Assembly: GCA_963752475.1 (NCBI GenBank)
Contig: CAVVYR010000019.1
Span: 141,996 to 205,995 of the forward strand
Source of the DNA: an uncultured Chloroflexia bacterium
GTDB lineage: Bacteria > Chloroflexota > Limnocylindria > Limnocylindrales > CSP1-4
Direction of reading: 5' to 3'
DNA: 64,000 nucleotides
This document shows, piece after piece, positions 38,851 through 50,220 of the stretch. The stretch's first letter is position 1; the number at the start of each line of letters is the position of its first letter. Below the pieces are notes generated by a model that was not told the DNA's origin, did not search any database, and saw only the letters and a program-made list of their open reading frames with translations. Made by a program: the position numbers and the translations under genes.

Positions 38851-39753
38851 GTGAGTCATCCCGGTCCCGCCCCAGAGTCGATGGTCGTCCAACTCCAGGG
38901 CGGAGAGCGCATCCACTACCTCGCCTGGGACGGCGGCCCCGGCCGTCCGCTCGTGCTCGTGCACGGCCTGGCTCGCACCGCCTGGACCTGGTTGCCCATC
39001 GGCCGGCGGCTGGCTCCCGGCCTTCCGGTGATCGCGCCCGATCTGCGTGGCCACGGTGCCAGTGACGCCCCACTCCAGGGCTACGAGCTCGAGTCCCTCG
39101 CGCTGGACGTGCTCACGGTCGTCGCCGGCGCCGGCTGGGGCGAGGCCGTCGATGGCCCTCCGGTGGTCGTCGCCGGCCACGGACTCGGCGCCATGATCGC
39201 GGTCGAGATGGCGCGGGTGCAGCCGGCTTCGGTCGCGGGGGTGGCCCTCGTCGACGGCGGCTGGGAGGAGATGGTCGAGGCTACCCGGCTGCTGCCCGAT
39301 CAGCTCGTGGAGGCCATGGCCGAGCCACCGGAGGTGCTGGCCTCGATGGACACGTACCTTGCGGACCGGCGTGACTTCGATCCCGCCAGCTGGGACGCCG
39401 ACCAAGAGGTCGCGGCCCGGGCCCAGGTCAGCGAGCGCCACGCCGGACACGTGGGTCCCGTGACGAAGGGCTCGGTCGTCCGTCGGTGCGTGGCCGCGAT
39501 GTACGGCTACCAGCCGCTCGAGGCACTCGTCGACGTGGCCTGTCCGGTCTCGCTCATCGCGGCCAGCCCATCGACGGCTGACGACGAGGACGAACGGGAG
39601 CGCCGCCTGGCGGTCGACGATGCGCAACTCGCCCGCGAGCAGGCCGGCAGATCCGCGATGTCCGTGCGTCGCTTCGCCGGCATCGGCCATGACCTCATGC
39701 GCTATCGGCCAGACGAGCTGGCTGCCGAGCTGGAGCGCCTGGCCGGCAGCTGA
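38851..39753 (+). CDS. Alpha/beta-fold hydrolase-like protein
   Basis: LVHGL, PDLRGHGAS, GHGLGA (Gly at the usual Ser nucleophile position) and GHDL. TATGCT box 7 nt before GTG. Confidence 0.85.
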   Translation: MSHPGPAPESMVVQLQGGERIHYLAWDGGPGRPLVLVHGLARTAWTWLPIGRRLAPGLPVIAPDLRGHGASDAPLQGYELESLALDVLTVVAGAGWGEAVDGPPVVVAGHGLGAMIAVEMARVQPASVAGVALVDGGWEEMVEATRLLPDQLVEAMAEPPEVLASMDTYLADRRDFDPASWDADQEVAARAQVSERHAGHVGPVTKGSVVRRCVAAMYGYQPLEALVDVACPVSLIAASPSTADDEDERERRLAVDDAQLAREQAGRSAMSVRRFAGIGHDLMRYRPDELAAELERLAGS

Positions 39754-39800
39754 GGGTGCCGCCCACGTGCGTACATGCACGACGGGGGTACCATGTCGCG

Positions 39801-39983
39801 GTGGACATCCTGCTCGTACTGGTGGTCATCCTCATCATCGTGCTCATCTGGCGCGGCCCTTCCATGCTGCCCCAGTTCGGCGAGGCCCTGGGCAAGGCCG
39901 TCAAGGGCGCACGCGACACGATGGACCGAGACTCCGCTGAGTCGAAGTCGACGGACGACGACAGCCAGCCCTCCGGCCAGTAG
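39801..39983 (+). CDS. tatA: Twin-arginine translocase TatA/E subunit
   Basis: One TM helix followed by [18 protein letters not shown] amphipathic helix and an acidic tail. Confidence 0.8.
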   Translation: MDILLVLVVILIIVLIWRGPSMLPQFGEALGKAVKGARDTMDRDSAESKSTDDDSQPSGQ

Positions 39984-39988
39984 CCCGC

Positions 39989-40564
39989 GTGAGCGACAGC
40001 CCCATCGGGCGTGCCGTCCGCACCATCCTGGGTGAGATCGGGGAGGACCCTGATCGTGCCGGACTGACCGATACCCCCGCGCGCGTCGAGCGCATGTATG
40101 CCGAGCTCACCGCCGGCTACGCGATGGGGCCGGACGAGGTCCTCAACGACGCTGTCTTCGACGTGGACTATTCCGAGATGGTGGTGGTCAAGGACATCCC
40201 CTTCCACTCACTCTGCGAACACCACATGCTGCCCTTCGCCGGCGTGGCCGCCGTCGCCTACATCCCCGCCGGGCGCGTGATCGGCCTCTCGAAGATCCCG
40301 CGTGTCGTGGACATGTACGCCAAGCGGCTCCAGATCCAGGAGCGGCTCACGCAGGAGATCGCCGACTTCCTCATGGAGAACCTCGCACCCAAGGGTGTCG
40401 GCGTCGTCGTCGAAGCCACGCACCTGTGCGCGAGCATGCGCGGCGTACGCAAGCCGGGCATGGTCATGACAACATCCGCGGTCCTCGGTCTGTTCCGCAC
40501 GAGCGACAAGACCCGGGCCGAGTTCTTCAGCCACCTCGAGCGCCCGTCCGGAGGCGCCACCTAG
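39989..40564 (+). CDS. folE: GTP cyclohydrolase I
   Basis: [33 protein letters not shown] and HLCASMRG motifs. Confidence 0.96.
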   Translation: MSDSPIGRAVRTILGEIGEDPDRAGLTDTPARVERMYAELTAGYAMGPDEVLNDAVFDVDYSEMVVVKDIPFHSLCEHHMLPFAGVAAVAYIPAGRVIGLSKIPRVVDMYAKRLQIQERLTQEIADFLMENLAPKGVGVVVEATHLCASMRGVRKPGMVMTTSAVLGLFRTSDKTRAEFFSHLERPSGGAT

Positions 40565-40586
40565 CCATCTCGGAGTCGACAGCCCC

Positions 40587-42170
40587 ATGATCAGCCGCTC
40601 GCCGCGCCGGACCCGTCGTCTTCCGGCCGTCACGTCGCTGCCCGCGGTCGCCCTCGCGACCGTCTTCGTGGTCGCCGCCTGCGGTGGGGGCGGCGCCGAC
40701 CCCACCCCCGAGCCCACCCCCGTCGTGACCGAGGCACCCGCACCCGTCACTCCCGAGCCCACCCCCGACCCCACGCCCGAGCCGACCCCCGAGCCCACGC
40801 CGGAGCCGACACCAGAGCCGACACCGGAGCCCACGGCCGAGCCGACGCCCAGCCCGACACCGATCCCGACGCGCACACCGCGCCCCACGCCGCGACCGAC
40901 CGTCGAGCCCACGCCCACCCCGGAACCGACGCCCGAGCCCACGCCAAGCCCCACGCCATTCCCCTCGTTCCTGCCCGAGATGATCGGCTACGTCATCGAC
41001 CCTGACACGGCCCTGCCCGTGGTGCCCGAGGGCGTCGGTGGTCCGTGGTGGTGGGAGTGGAAGCCTCGGCTGCCGATCGACGCCTCATTGCGCTACTCAT
41101 CCGATGAACCGAGGGCGAGCGACCTCGATCCCGACCAGCGTCGCGTCTCGCTGTTGGTCGACTTCGGCCTGCACAAGGACGCCCTGGCGGTGGCTCAGGA
41201 GCTCGAGGCGGCGGTCGGCGACCCGGACGCGGAAGCCGCCTGGCTGGAGGCGGCGGGACAGGATGGTGCCGCTGGCTTCGGCTGGCTCGGGAGCGAGGCC
41301 TCGCTGACCCCGTTCGTGCAAGTCATCGACCGCTGGCTCCTCGTCAGCGAGTTGGCCTACGACCCGGAGGCCGACCCCGGTGACGACATCGAGGCCAGCC
41401 CGCGCTATGCCTCGCCGCTGGCGCTGACGCTGGACGAGATGTCACGCGAGCTGATCGTCGAGGACACCTGGTCGCGCGACAAGTCGGTGGCCTTCGACCT
41501 CGTCTGTCGCGGCGACCACGACGGGCTGATCACGATGAGCCAGGATCTCGCCGACAACGCCGAGCTCTACGATTTCCAGCCGGTGTGGCTGGAGCCCGGC
41601 ATCACCGACGAGCAGCGACGTGCTCGCCGGACGCTGCGACTGCTGAACAACATGGATGACGCCACGCTCACCGACCTGGTCGACGACGTGGAGTTCCAGA
41701 AGCTGGCCACCGCGCTGCTCGACGCCGGCGCGCAGGGCATGACCGCCGAGGACGAGGCGCTGACCGACATGCGCGACTACATCGAGGAGCTGGTCATCGC
41801 CTACCGGCCCAACCTCGACACCATCGCCTACCTGTTGGACCCCGAGGTCTTCGAGTCGGCGGCCCGGGACTTCGCCGAGCGGGCGGCGCAGGAGATCCTC
41901 GTCGGTGAGCTCATCCGGCCGCAGGACGTCGCCTCCGGGCAGTTCGCGGCGGCACGGTACGGCGCGCACGACGCTCCCATCCCCTGGATCATGGGCGAAG
42001 CGGCCTCCTATGCCGAGCTCTATGACGGCGAGCTCTCGATGTCGCTGGGCCTCTTCCATGGTGTGGCCGCCGGGCTCGGGCCGCTGGTCGACTACCTCGA
42101 GGCCGGGGGCTGTGGCGACGTCCGCGTCGAGTTCCTCGACTACGGCTACGGCGTCAGCCTGCGGGAGTAG
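40587..42170 (+). CDS. Predicted lipoprotein with a PT/PE linker and an acidic domain of unknown function
   Basis: Arg-rich N-terminus, lipobox VVAAC, PTPE repeats. Confidence 0.85.
   Translation: MISRSPRRTRRLPAVTSLPAVALATVFVVAACGGGGADPTPEPTPVVTEAPAPVTPEPTPDPTPEPTPEPTPEPTPEPTPEPTAEPTPSPTPIPTRTPRPTPRPTVEPTPTPEPTPEPTPSPTPFPSFLPEMIGYVIDPDTALPVVPEGVGGPWWWEWKPRLPIDASLRYSSDEPRASDLDPDQRRVSLLVDFGLHKDALAVAQELEAAVGDPDAEAAWLEAAGQDGAAGFGWLGSEASLTPFVQVIDRWLLVSELAYDPEADPGDDIEASPRYASPLALTLDEMSRELIVEDTWSRDKSVAFDLVCRGDHDGLITMSQDLADNAELYDFQPVWLEPGITDEQRRARRTLRLLNNMDDATLTDLVDDVEFQKLATALLDAGAQGMTAEDEALTDMRDYIEELVIAYRPNLDTIAYLLDPEVFESAARDFAERAAQEILVGELIRPQDVASGQFAAARYGAHDAPIPWIMGEAASYAELYDGELSMSLGLFHGVAAGLGPLVDYLEAGGCGDVRVEFLDYGYGVSLRE
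40699..40960 (+). repeat. Coding 12-bp (PTPE)n repeats
   Basis: Repeated cccacccccgag / ccgacaccggag units. Confidence 0.85.
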
Positions 42171-42179
42171 GGCGACCGC

Positions 42180-43532
42180 ATGCGCTCCATGCGTCCGATG
42201 CGCCCACAGCGAGCGGCGCTGCCCGGGTTGCTGGTCATGGTCCTCATCGCGACCGGTGGCGTGTTCGTGGCCCTCGCGGTCCAGGCGCTGATGCCCGACG
42301 ACTTCCTCGAGTCCGACCCGCGCGACGGTCTGCAGGCCGAGGACATCGAGCTCGATCCCGCGACCCGGCTGCCCATCATCCCGGTCTTCGAGGAGGCCGA
42401 GGTCATCACCTGGACCGGCCAGCAGCCGAGCGACGTCGTCGATGGATCGAAGACCTGGGCCTCCCAGGCTCCGAACGGCGAGTTCGACGCTGAGACACCG
42501 GCGGTGTCGCTCATGGCGACCTATCCGAGCCACGAAGAGGCCCTGGCGGTCGGTCAGCGGTTGGCGGAGACCGTGGGCGATGCGGCTGCCGAGGCGGCCT
42601 GGCTCGAGGCTGCCGGCGTGGAGCCGGGTGATGGTTTCGAGTGGCAGGGACCCGGCCGCTCGGAGACGCCGTTCGTGCAGGTGGTCGATCGCTATCTGCT
42701 GGTCGACGGCCTCGAGTGGCACGAATCGTTCGAGGGCTCCGTCGACGCCGCACCGGAAGAGGGCCTGACCTTCCGCGCGCCGCTGGCGCTTGCCCTCGAT
42801 GGCTCGGCCTCGTCGGTGCTGGTGGATTCCTCGCGATCGGAGCAGGCGATCGCCTTCGACCTCGTGTGCAGCGGAGAGGCAGAGGCGTTGACGACGCTGG
42901 GGCAGTCGCTCGCCGACTACACCGCCGCTGCTTCTGCTGGTTATGCCCTGCGGCCGCCGTGGATCGACCCGCCGCTCACCTTCGAGGAGGAGCGTGCGCG
43001 TCGCACGCTGCGGCTGGTGCGAACGCTGTGGGAGTCGTCGTTGGTGCAGTCGTTCGTGGGGTCCGAGGAGATGGCGCGCCTGACCACCGAGCTGGCAGGA
43101 GCGCTGGAGTCAGGCGACGCGTTCCGGACGCGGGCGGCGGCTGACGCGATCGAGGCACATCTCGCGGACGTGGTCGCGAACGAGCTGCCTGACACCGGCC
43201 CGCTGGCGGACGCGCTCGATCCGGACGTGCTGGCCTCGACGATGGCCGAGTACGCGGCACTGCTCGTGGATGCGTCCAACGAGGTCGCGTCGCTGACCGA
43301 CGGGGATCGACGCGCCAGGGCCGTGCCGTTCGGCGCCTCCCAAGCGGCCACGTGGCGCGACGGCGGTGCCTTCGGCCAGCAGCTGGTCGATGAGCGTCGA
43401 CTGTGGTTCAGCCTGGCCTCGTGGAGCGGGGTGGCCCAGGGCTTCGAGCCCTTCGTGCGCTACCTCGAGGGCAACGGCTGCGACACCGTTCGCATGGTCC
43501 ACCACGACTTCGACGACGTTCGCGAGGACTGA
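42180..43532 (+). CDS. Membrane-anchored paralog of the upstream lipoprotein
   Basis: Shares [10 protein letters not shown], TPFVQVxDR, AFDLVCxG, RARRTLRL and YLExxGC with the 40587 protein. Confidence 0.85.
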   Translation: MRSMRPMRPQRAALPGLLVMVLIATGGVFVALAVQALMPDDFLESDPRDGLQAEDIELDPATRLPIIPVFEEAEVITWTGQQPSDVVDGSKTWASQAPNGEFDAETPAVSLMATYPSHEEALAVGQRLAETVGDAAAEAAWLEAAGVEPGDGFEWQGPGRSETPFVQVVDRYLLVDGLEWHESFEGSVDAAPEEGLTFRAPLALALDGSASSVLVDSSRSEQAIAFDLVCSGEAEALTTLGQSLADYTAAASAGYALRPPWIDPPLTFEEERARRTLRLVRTLWESSLVQSFVGSEEMARLTTELAGALESGDAFRTRAAADAIEAHLADVVANELPDTGPLADALDPDVLASTMAEYAALLVDASNEVASLTDGDRRARAVPFGASQAATWRDGGAFGQQLVDERRLWFSLASWSGVAQGFEPFVRYLEGNGCDTVRMVHHDFDDVRED

Positions 43533-43578
43533 GCGACGGACGCGCCGATCGGGGTCGAACCGCGCTACGATCGTGCCC

Positions 43579-43982
43579 ATGACCGACCGACCGCTCAAGG
43601 TGCTCATCGCCAAACCCGGCCTCGACGGCCACGACCGTGGGGCCAAGGTGCTCGCGCGCGGTCTACGCGACGAGGGCTTCGAGGTCGTCTACACGGGACT
43701 CCGCCAGACGCCCGAGATGGTGGCCACGGCGGCCCTGCAGGAGGACGTCGACGTGGTCGGCCTTTCGATCCTCTCTGGCGCGCATCTGACGCTGCTGCCC
43801 AAGATCTGCGAGCTGCTGCGGGCAGAGGACATGGGTGACGTGCTCGTGACCGCCGGTGGCATCATCCCCACCGATGACATCCCGGCGCTCAAGGAGGCCG
43901 GTGTGGCCGAGGTCTTCGGTCCGGGCACGACCATCGGTGAGATCGCCGACTTCATGCGCCAGAACGCGCAGCCCAGAGCCTG

Positions 43983-43983
<1 letters not shown>
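43579..43983 (+). CDS. Cobalamin-binding subunit of an acyl-CoA (methylmalonyl-CoA-type) mutase
   Basis: [12 protein letters not shown] (DxHxxG), SILSGAH and GGIIP motifs. Confidence 0.93.
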
Positions 43984-44958
<975 letters not shown>

Positions 44959-44972
<14 letters not shown>

Positions 44973-45903
44973 CCTCCTCGGCCGCTTCGGCCTCCGCGGT
45001 CTCGTTTTCGACGGCTACCTGCGCCGCGAAGACCGCCGTCGGTTCGACGCGATACAGGGCTCCGCGCTTGTTGCCCACGCTGCCGGCGACCCAGAACGAG
45101 CCATCCGGCGCGGCCGAGACCGAGTTGACGCGCATGCGGTCGAGCACCGTGGCTTCCTGGCCGTCCCGATGGAGCCTGATGCCCTTGCCGTTGTCAGTCC
45201 TTACCGCGAGTACGCCATCCTCGGAGATGGCTCGATTCGAGCCACGCCGTGAGACGACCTGCCACTCCGTGCCGTCGAATAGCCGCATGCCGTCCCAGGC
45301 CTCGACGCCGATGATGTCGTCGGCCCCAAGGAAGACGTTGCCGGTCCAGATCCCTTCGAGGTGCGGGATGAGCTCGGTGCCATCCCACTGCTCGACGCCG
45401 ATCCCCCCACCGAGCCAGACCGAGCCCTCCGGCGCGACCACGCTGTTCGACGCCTTGGTCGATGACCACTCCCCGTCCTCGAAGATGGCGACGCGACTGC
45501 CGAAGAGCCACAGGCGGCCGTCGTCATCGAAGGCCAGGGAGCCGTGGTACTCACCCAGGCCGTCCGCACGTCCGTAGGTCTTCTCCCGGCCCAAGGGCCA
45601 GAGTCGGGATACGTTTCGTTGCCTGCCATCGTCGCGCTTGACCCTGATCATGACGCTGAGCCAGACATCGCCGTCCGGACCCACGGCGATGTGGCTGTGG
45701 CCACCCTGGCCCTTGGGCCACTTCCTCGCGAGGTCATGGCCGGCGTCGTCGTCGAGGATGCGCAGCACGCCGGGTGCGACCTCCTTCGTGCGCCAGCTCT
45801 GGTACTCCGTCGGGCCGTCCGCGTCCTGGGCGGCCACTCCACCTGTGCTACCGGCGAGCAGGCACACCGTGGCCGCCGCGATCCCGAACCGCTTGAGGTT
45901 CAT
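44959..45903 (-). CDS. Secreted beta-propeller-like protein
   Basis: SD AGGAGG, signal peptide ending VAA-QD, GPDGDVW, DDDGRLW and APDGSFW repeats. Confidence 0.78.
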
Positions 45904-46020
45904 CCGAAGTCCTCCTGCATGGCTGCCTCGAGAGCAGCACCGCACAACCCCTCTCGTCCTCTAAGAGGCCACGAGACGCCGGTTTCGTTCCACCTTGCCA
46001 CCAGGAGATGGGCGTGAAGC

Positions 46021-46043
46021 CATGTGCTACGTTGTAGAACATG
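46021..46043 (+). promoter_or_regulatory. TA autoregulatory palindrome overlapping an extended -10 box and the start codon
   Basis: CATGTGCTAC-GTT-GTAGAACATG, with TGnTACGTT 7 nt before ATG. Confidence 0.65.
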
Positions 46044-46316
46044 AGCACGGTCGGGATCCGAGCACTCAAGCAGAACGCCTCCGCGGTGGTGGCAGAGGCC
46101 GCGGCCGGCGATATCGTGGTCATCACCGACCGCGGTCGGCCGGTAGCCATGCTCGTGCCCTACAAGGAGAGCCGCATCCAGGCGATGATCGACGCCGGCC
46201 TGGCCACTCCACCGACCCGCTCGCTCGCGGACCTGCCCCCTCCGAGGCGCCGTCGTCCGGGAGAGCGGCCGTTGACCGAGATCCTGGAGGAGATGCGCTC
46301 CGAGGAGCGCTACTAG
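46041..46316 (+). CDS. vapB: Phd/YefM family antitoxin
   Basis: VGIRALKQNASAVV...ITDRGRPVA. Confidence 0.9.
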   Translation: MSTVGIRALKQNASAVVAEAAAGDIVVITDRGRPVAMLVPYKESRIQAMIDAGLATPPTRSLADLPPPRRRRPGERPLTEILEEMRSEERY

Positions 46317-46706
46317 GTGTTCTACCTGGAGACCTCCGCGGCCACGAAGTTGGTGCTCGTGGAACGAGGCTCGGCCGCGCTGCGTCGCTGGCTCGCACCT
46401 CGTGTCTCGGCCGTGTTTTCGAGTGACCTCCTGAGAACGGAACTACTCCGCGTGGCTCGCCGTTCTTCGCCGGATGACATCCTGCAGGCCCGTGAGGTCC
46501 TCGATTCGATGCCGCTGTCGGGCTTGTCCACGGAGTTGTTCGAGCGGGCGGCACTGTTCGAGCCGAGGCAGATGCGTAGTCTCGATGCCCTGCACCTGGC
46601 TGCCGCGATGGAGGCCGGCACGGATCTCGATGGGATCATCACCTACGACGCCCGTCTATCGGAGGCGGCCGAGGGCCTTGGCGTCAACGTGATCAGCCCT
46701 CGGTAG
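46317..46706 (+). CDS. vapC: VapC PIN-domain toxin
   Basis: YLETSA, RTELLR, RSLDALHLA and TYDARL motifs. Confidence 0.9.
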   Translation: MFYLETSAATKLVLVERGSAALRRWLAPRVSAVFSSDLLRTELLRVARRSSPDDILQAREVLDSMPLSGLSTELFERAALFEPRQMRSLDALHLAAAMEAGTDLDGIITYDARLSEAAEGLGVNVISPR

Positions 46707-47718
46707 CCTCGTCGTCGGGCGGCAGCGGCTCGGAGTTGACCTCGCCCTCGGTGAAGAGATCCATGAGGATGGGGTAGATCTCGTCGAACTTGCCCGTGTT
46801 CACCGCGTCATCGACCATGTTGTGGCCCAGGCCCATCTCCTCGGGCCACTCGTAGACCGAGGCGCTGGCGCCACCTTCCTGCCAAGCCGAGACGATGGCC
46901 TCCACCGTCTCGGGCTTGACCGCGCCGTCATTCGGGTTGGTCGTGAGCACCACGTGCTCGGCGGTGTGCGGTTCCGTGCGCGCCTGCTCGAGGGTGACCA
47001 TGCCCAACCGGATGAGCTGCGCGACCGCGTGCGATGACAGCTTGGGGTAGCCGTAGTCGGGCGGGATGGTCTCCTTCTTGCCCGGGTCCCACCAGTACTG
47101 GATGTCCGGCACCGAGGTGACGGCGTTCACGACCTGCGTCGCGAACCAATCGGGGATGGGACGCAGGTTGACCATCGGCGCCAGGCCTACGACATGGTCG
47201 ACCTCGGGTCGGTTCTGGGCGGCCCAGACCGCGGCCACACCACCCGCCGAGAGCCCGCCCACGACGACGCGCTCGCCGAGACCTTCGGCGATATCGATGG
47301 CTTCGTCCGTGGTGCGCACCAGATCCTCGGCCGTGAGCTTGCCCTGGTCGGTCGACAGCTTGTCCACGTATCCGTGATAGGGGTAGCGGGGTACGAGCAC
47401 GTTCCAGCCGATCTCATGGAGGTCCGCGCCGAGGCGCCGGTACATGTACGGGCAGTTGGTGTAGCCGTGCAGCAGGACCACGGTCGTCTCCACCGGCTCG
47501 TCGTGGATCATCGACCACGACTCGCAGCGCTCGTCGATGGCCTCGTCGTCCCGCGCCTCGACATCGGCCCAGCGTGCCAGCGCCTCCTCGCGGGAAGTCG
47601 CCGGATCCGGTTGCGCGGTCAGTGAGTCCGCACCCAGCGGCTTGAGGGTCACGTACAGCAGGAACCCGCCGACGATGACCAGGACCACGACGAGGATGAC
47701 GACGAGTGCGCGCTTCAT
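46693..47718 (-). CDS. Membrane-anchored alpha/beta hydrolase (esterase-like)
   Basis: N-terminal TM, LLHGYTNCP, GLSAGG, NPNDGAV and LGHN motifs. Confidence 0.88.
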   Translation of the reverse strand: MKRALVVILVVVLVIVGGFLLYVTLKPLGADSLTAQPDPATSREEALARWADVEARDDEAIDERCESWSMIHDEPVETTVVLLHGYTNCPYMYRRLGADLHEIGWNVLVPRYPYHGYVDKLSTDQGKLTAEDLVRTTDEAIDIAEGLGERVVVGGLSAGGVAAVWAAQNRPEVDHVVGLAPMVNLRPIPDWFATQVVNAVTSVPDIQYWWDPGKKETIPPDYGYPKLSSHAVAQLIRLGMVTLEQARTEPHTAEHVVLTTNPNDGAVKPETVEAIVSAWQEGGASASVYEWPEEMGLGHNMVDDAVNTGKFDEIYPILMDLFTEGEVNSEPLPPDDEATEG

Positions 47719-47728
47719 GCGCTGCAGG

Positions 47729-48333
<605 letters not shown>

Positions 48334-48334
<1 letters not shown>

Positions 48335-49782
48335 CACTTGGTCTCCTGATCGCTGCTGCCGTAGATGGCCTCGGCCTCTGCCAGCGCGCTCAAGACCGCA
48401 CCGGCCTTTGCCGCTACCTCTGCCGATTCGCGCTCTGGCACGGAGTCGGCCACGATGCCGGCGCCGGCGTGGACGAAGGCCGTGCCGTCCTTGAGCACCA
48501 TCGAGCGGATGGTGATGGCGGCCTCCACGTCATCGGGGGCGAAGAAGCCGATGGCACCGCCATACGGACCGCGCTGTTCGCGCTCGTGTTCGGCGATGGC
48601 CTGCATGGCGCGGACCTTGGGCGCACCCGATAGCGTCCCCGCCGGGAACGTCGAACGGACCGCGTCGAAGGCGTCCCGCCCCTCGGCCAGCTCGCCTTCG
48701 ACCTCGGACACGATGTGCATCACGTGCGAGTAGCGCTCGATGGCGTGGAGCGAGGCCACGCGCACCGAGCCCGGGGTGGCCACGCGCCCGACATCGTTGC
48801 GCGCGAGGTCCACGAGCATGGCGTGCTCGGCCAGCTCCTTCTCGTCGGCCAGCAGGTCGTCCTCGAGCGCCTGGTCCTCGACCGGGTCGGTCGAGCGGGG
48901 CCGGGTGCCGGCGATGGGTCTCGTGGAGACGACGCCGTCGCGCACGCGTACGAGCAGCTCGGGGGAGGCGCCCAGCACCGAGCGATCGGGCCCCAGGTCG
49001 ATGGCGAAGAGATGCGGCGAGGGGTTGATGCGCCGCAGCGAGCGATAGATCTCGAGCGGACCGACCGAGCAGGGCAACTCGAAGCGTCGCGCCGGCACCG
49101 TCTGCAGCATCTCGCCTGCGTGGATGTCGGACACGAGCGTGGCCACGATCTCTTCGTAGCGAGGGTCGGCGGCAGGGGGCGTGTGCTTCGCGGCCGCTGC
49201 CGGGATCGGCACCGAGGCCTCGATGGCGCAGGGCGTGCCCAGCATCTCGATGGCCTCGTCGAGGCGGTCCTGCGCTCCGGGTCCGTCGAGGGTCGAGACC
49301 GTCGCGGTCTGGGACAGGTGGTCGAAGACGACGAGCGAGTCGGGCAGGTGGAAGAGCGCCAGCGGCAGCCCCACCGGGTTGGCCTTTGGCACCGGCAGCA
49401 CCGGTTCGAAGCGCGCCGCCGACTCGTACGAAAGGAAGCCCACGCCCGACGCCAGCGAGACCGGCAACGAGCCGGTGGCGGGCGCGTCGGGCAGCAGCCG
49501 GCGCAGTGCCTCGAGCGGGTCGGTCGCGGGGAAGCGATCGATCTCGGCGTAGTCGTGCGTGCGCACGATGGCCTGCTCTCCCTCGACCGACATGATGCGG
49601 CCACGCACGCCGACCATCGAGTAGCGGCCGTAGCGAGCGCCACCTTCGACCGACTCGAGGATGAACGCGAGGCGGTCCTGGTCGTGCAGACGGAGCGCGG
49701 CCGCGACCGGACTGATGGTGTCGGCAGAGATCTCGACGGCGGCGACGCCGGCGAGCCCTGGCCGAGGGAGTTGGGTGGTCAT
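48334..49782 (-). CDS. trpE: Anthranilate synthase component I family protein (TrpE/PabB)
   Basis: LESVEG, SPELLV, RPIAGTRPR, EHAMLVDLARND and FPAGTLSGAPK motifs. Confidence 0.85.
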
Positions 49783-49791
49783 GGTGTCCTT

Positions 49792-50220
49792 CTAGGGTGT
49801 CTCGTGCTCGTGGAGGTAGTCGATGGCTTCGAGATACCCGCGCCAACCGTGGCCCATGATGCGATGGCTGACGATCGGCTCGATGACCGAGACGCGGCGC
49901 CATTCCTCGCGCGCCATGATGTCGCTGATGTGGATCTCCACGACCGGGCACTCGGCTCCGGCGAGCGCATCGTGGATGGCGTACGAGTAGTGGGTGAAGG
50001 CACCGGGGTTGATGACGATGGCGTCGTAGTCGCGCTCCTCGATGCGGTCGATGAGTGCGCCCTCGTGGTTCGACTGGAAGGCCGCGAGGGAGTGCCCCCG
50101 CGCGGCGGCATGGTCGGCCGCGGCCGACTCGACGTCGGCTAGCGTGGTCGTGCCGTAGACCTCCGGCTGGCGCACCCCGAGGCGACCGAGGTTGGGGCCG
50201 TTGAGCAGCAGGATCCTCAC
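49792..50220 (-). CDS. aroQ: Type II 3-dehydroquinate dehydratase
   Basis: LNGPNL, PEVYG, QSNHEG, NPGAFTH and EIHIS motifs. Confidence 0.95.
   Translation of the reverse strand: MRILLLNGPNLGRLGVRQPEVYGTTTLADVESAAADHAAARGHSLAAFQSNHEGALIDRIEERDYDAIVINPGAFTHYSYAIHDALAGAECPVVEIHISDIMAREEWRRVSVIEPIVSHRIMGHGWRGYLEAIDYLHEHETP

Noticed and set aside
40699-40960. 12-bp repeats as a mobile or regulatory array
   Set aside because: They are in-frame PTPE linker repeats of a lipoprotein, a common low-complexity stalk.
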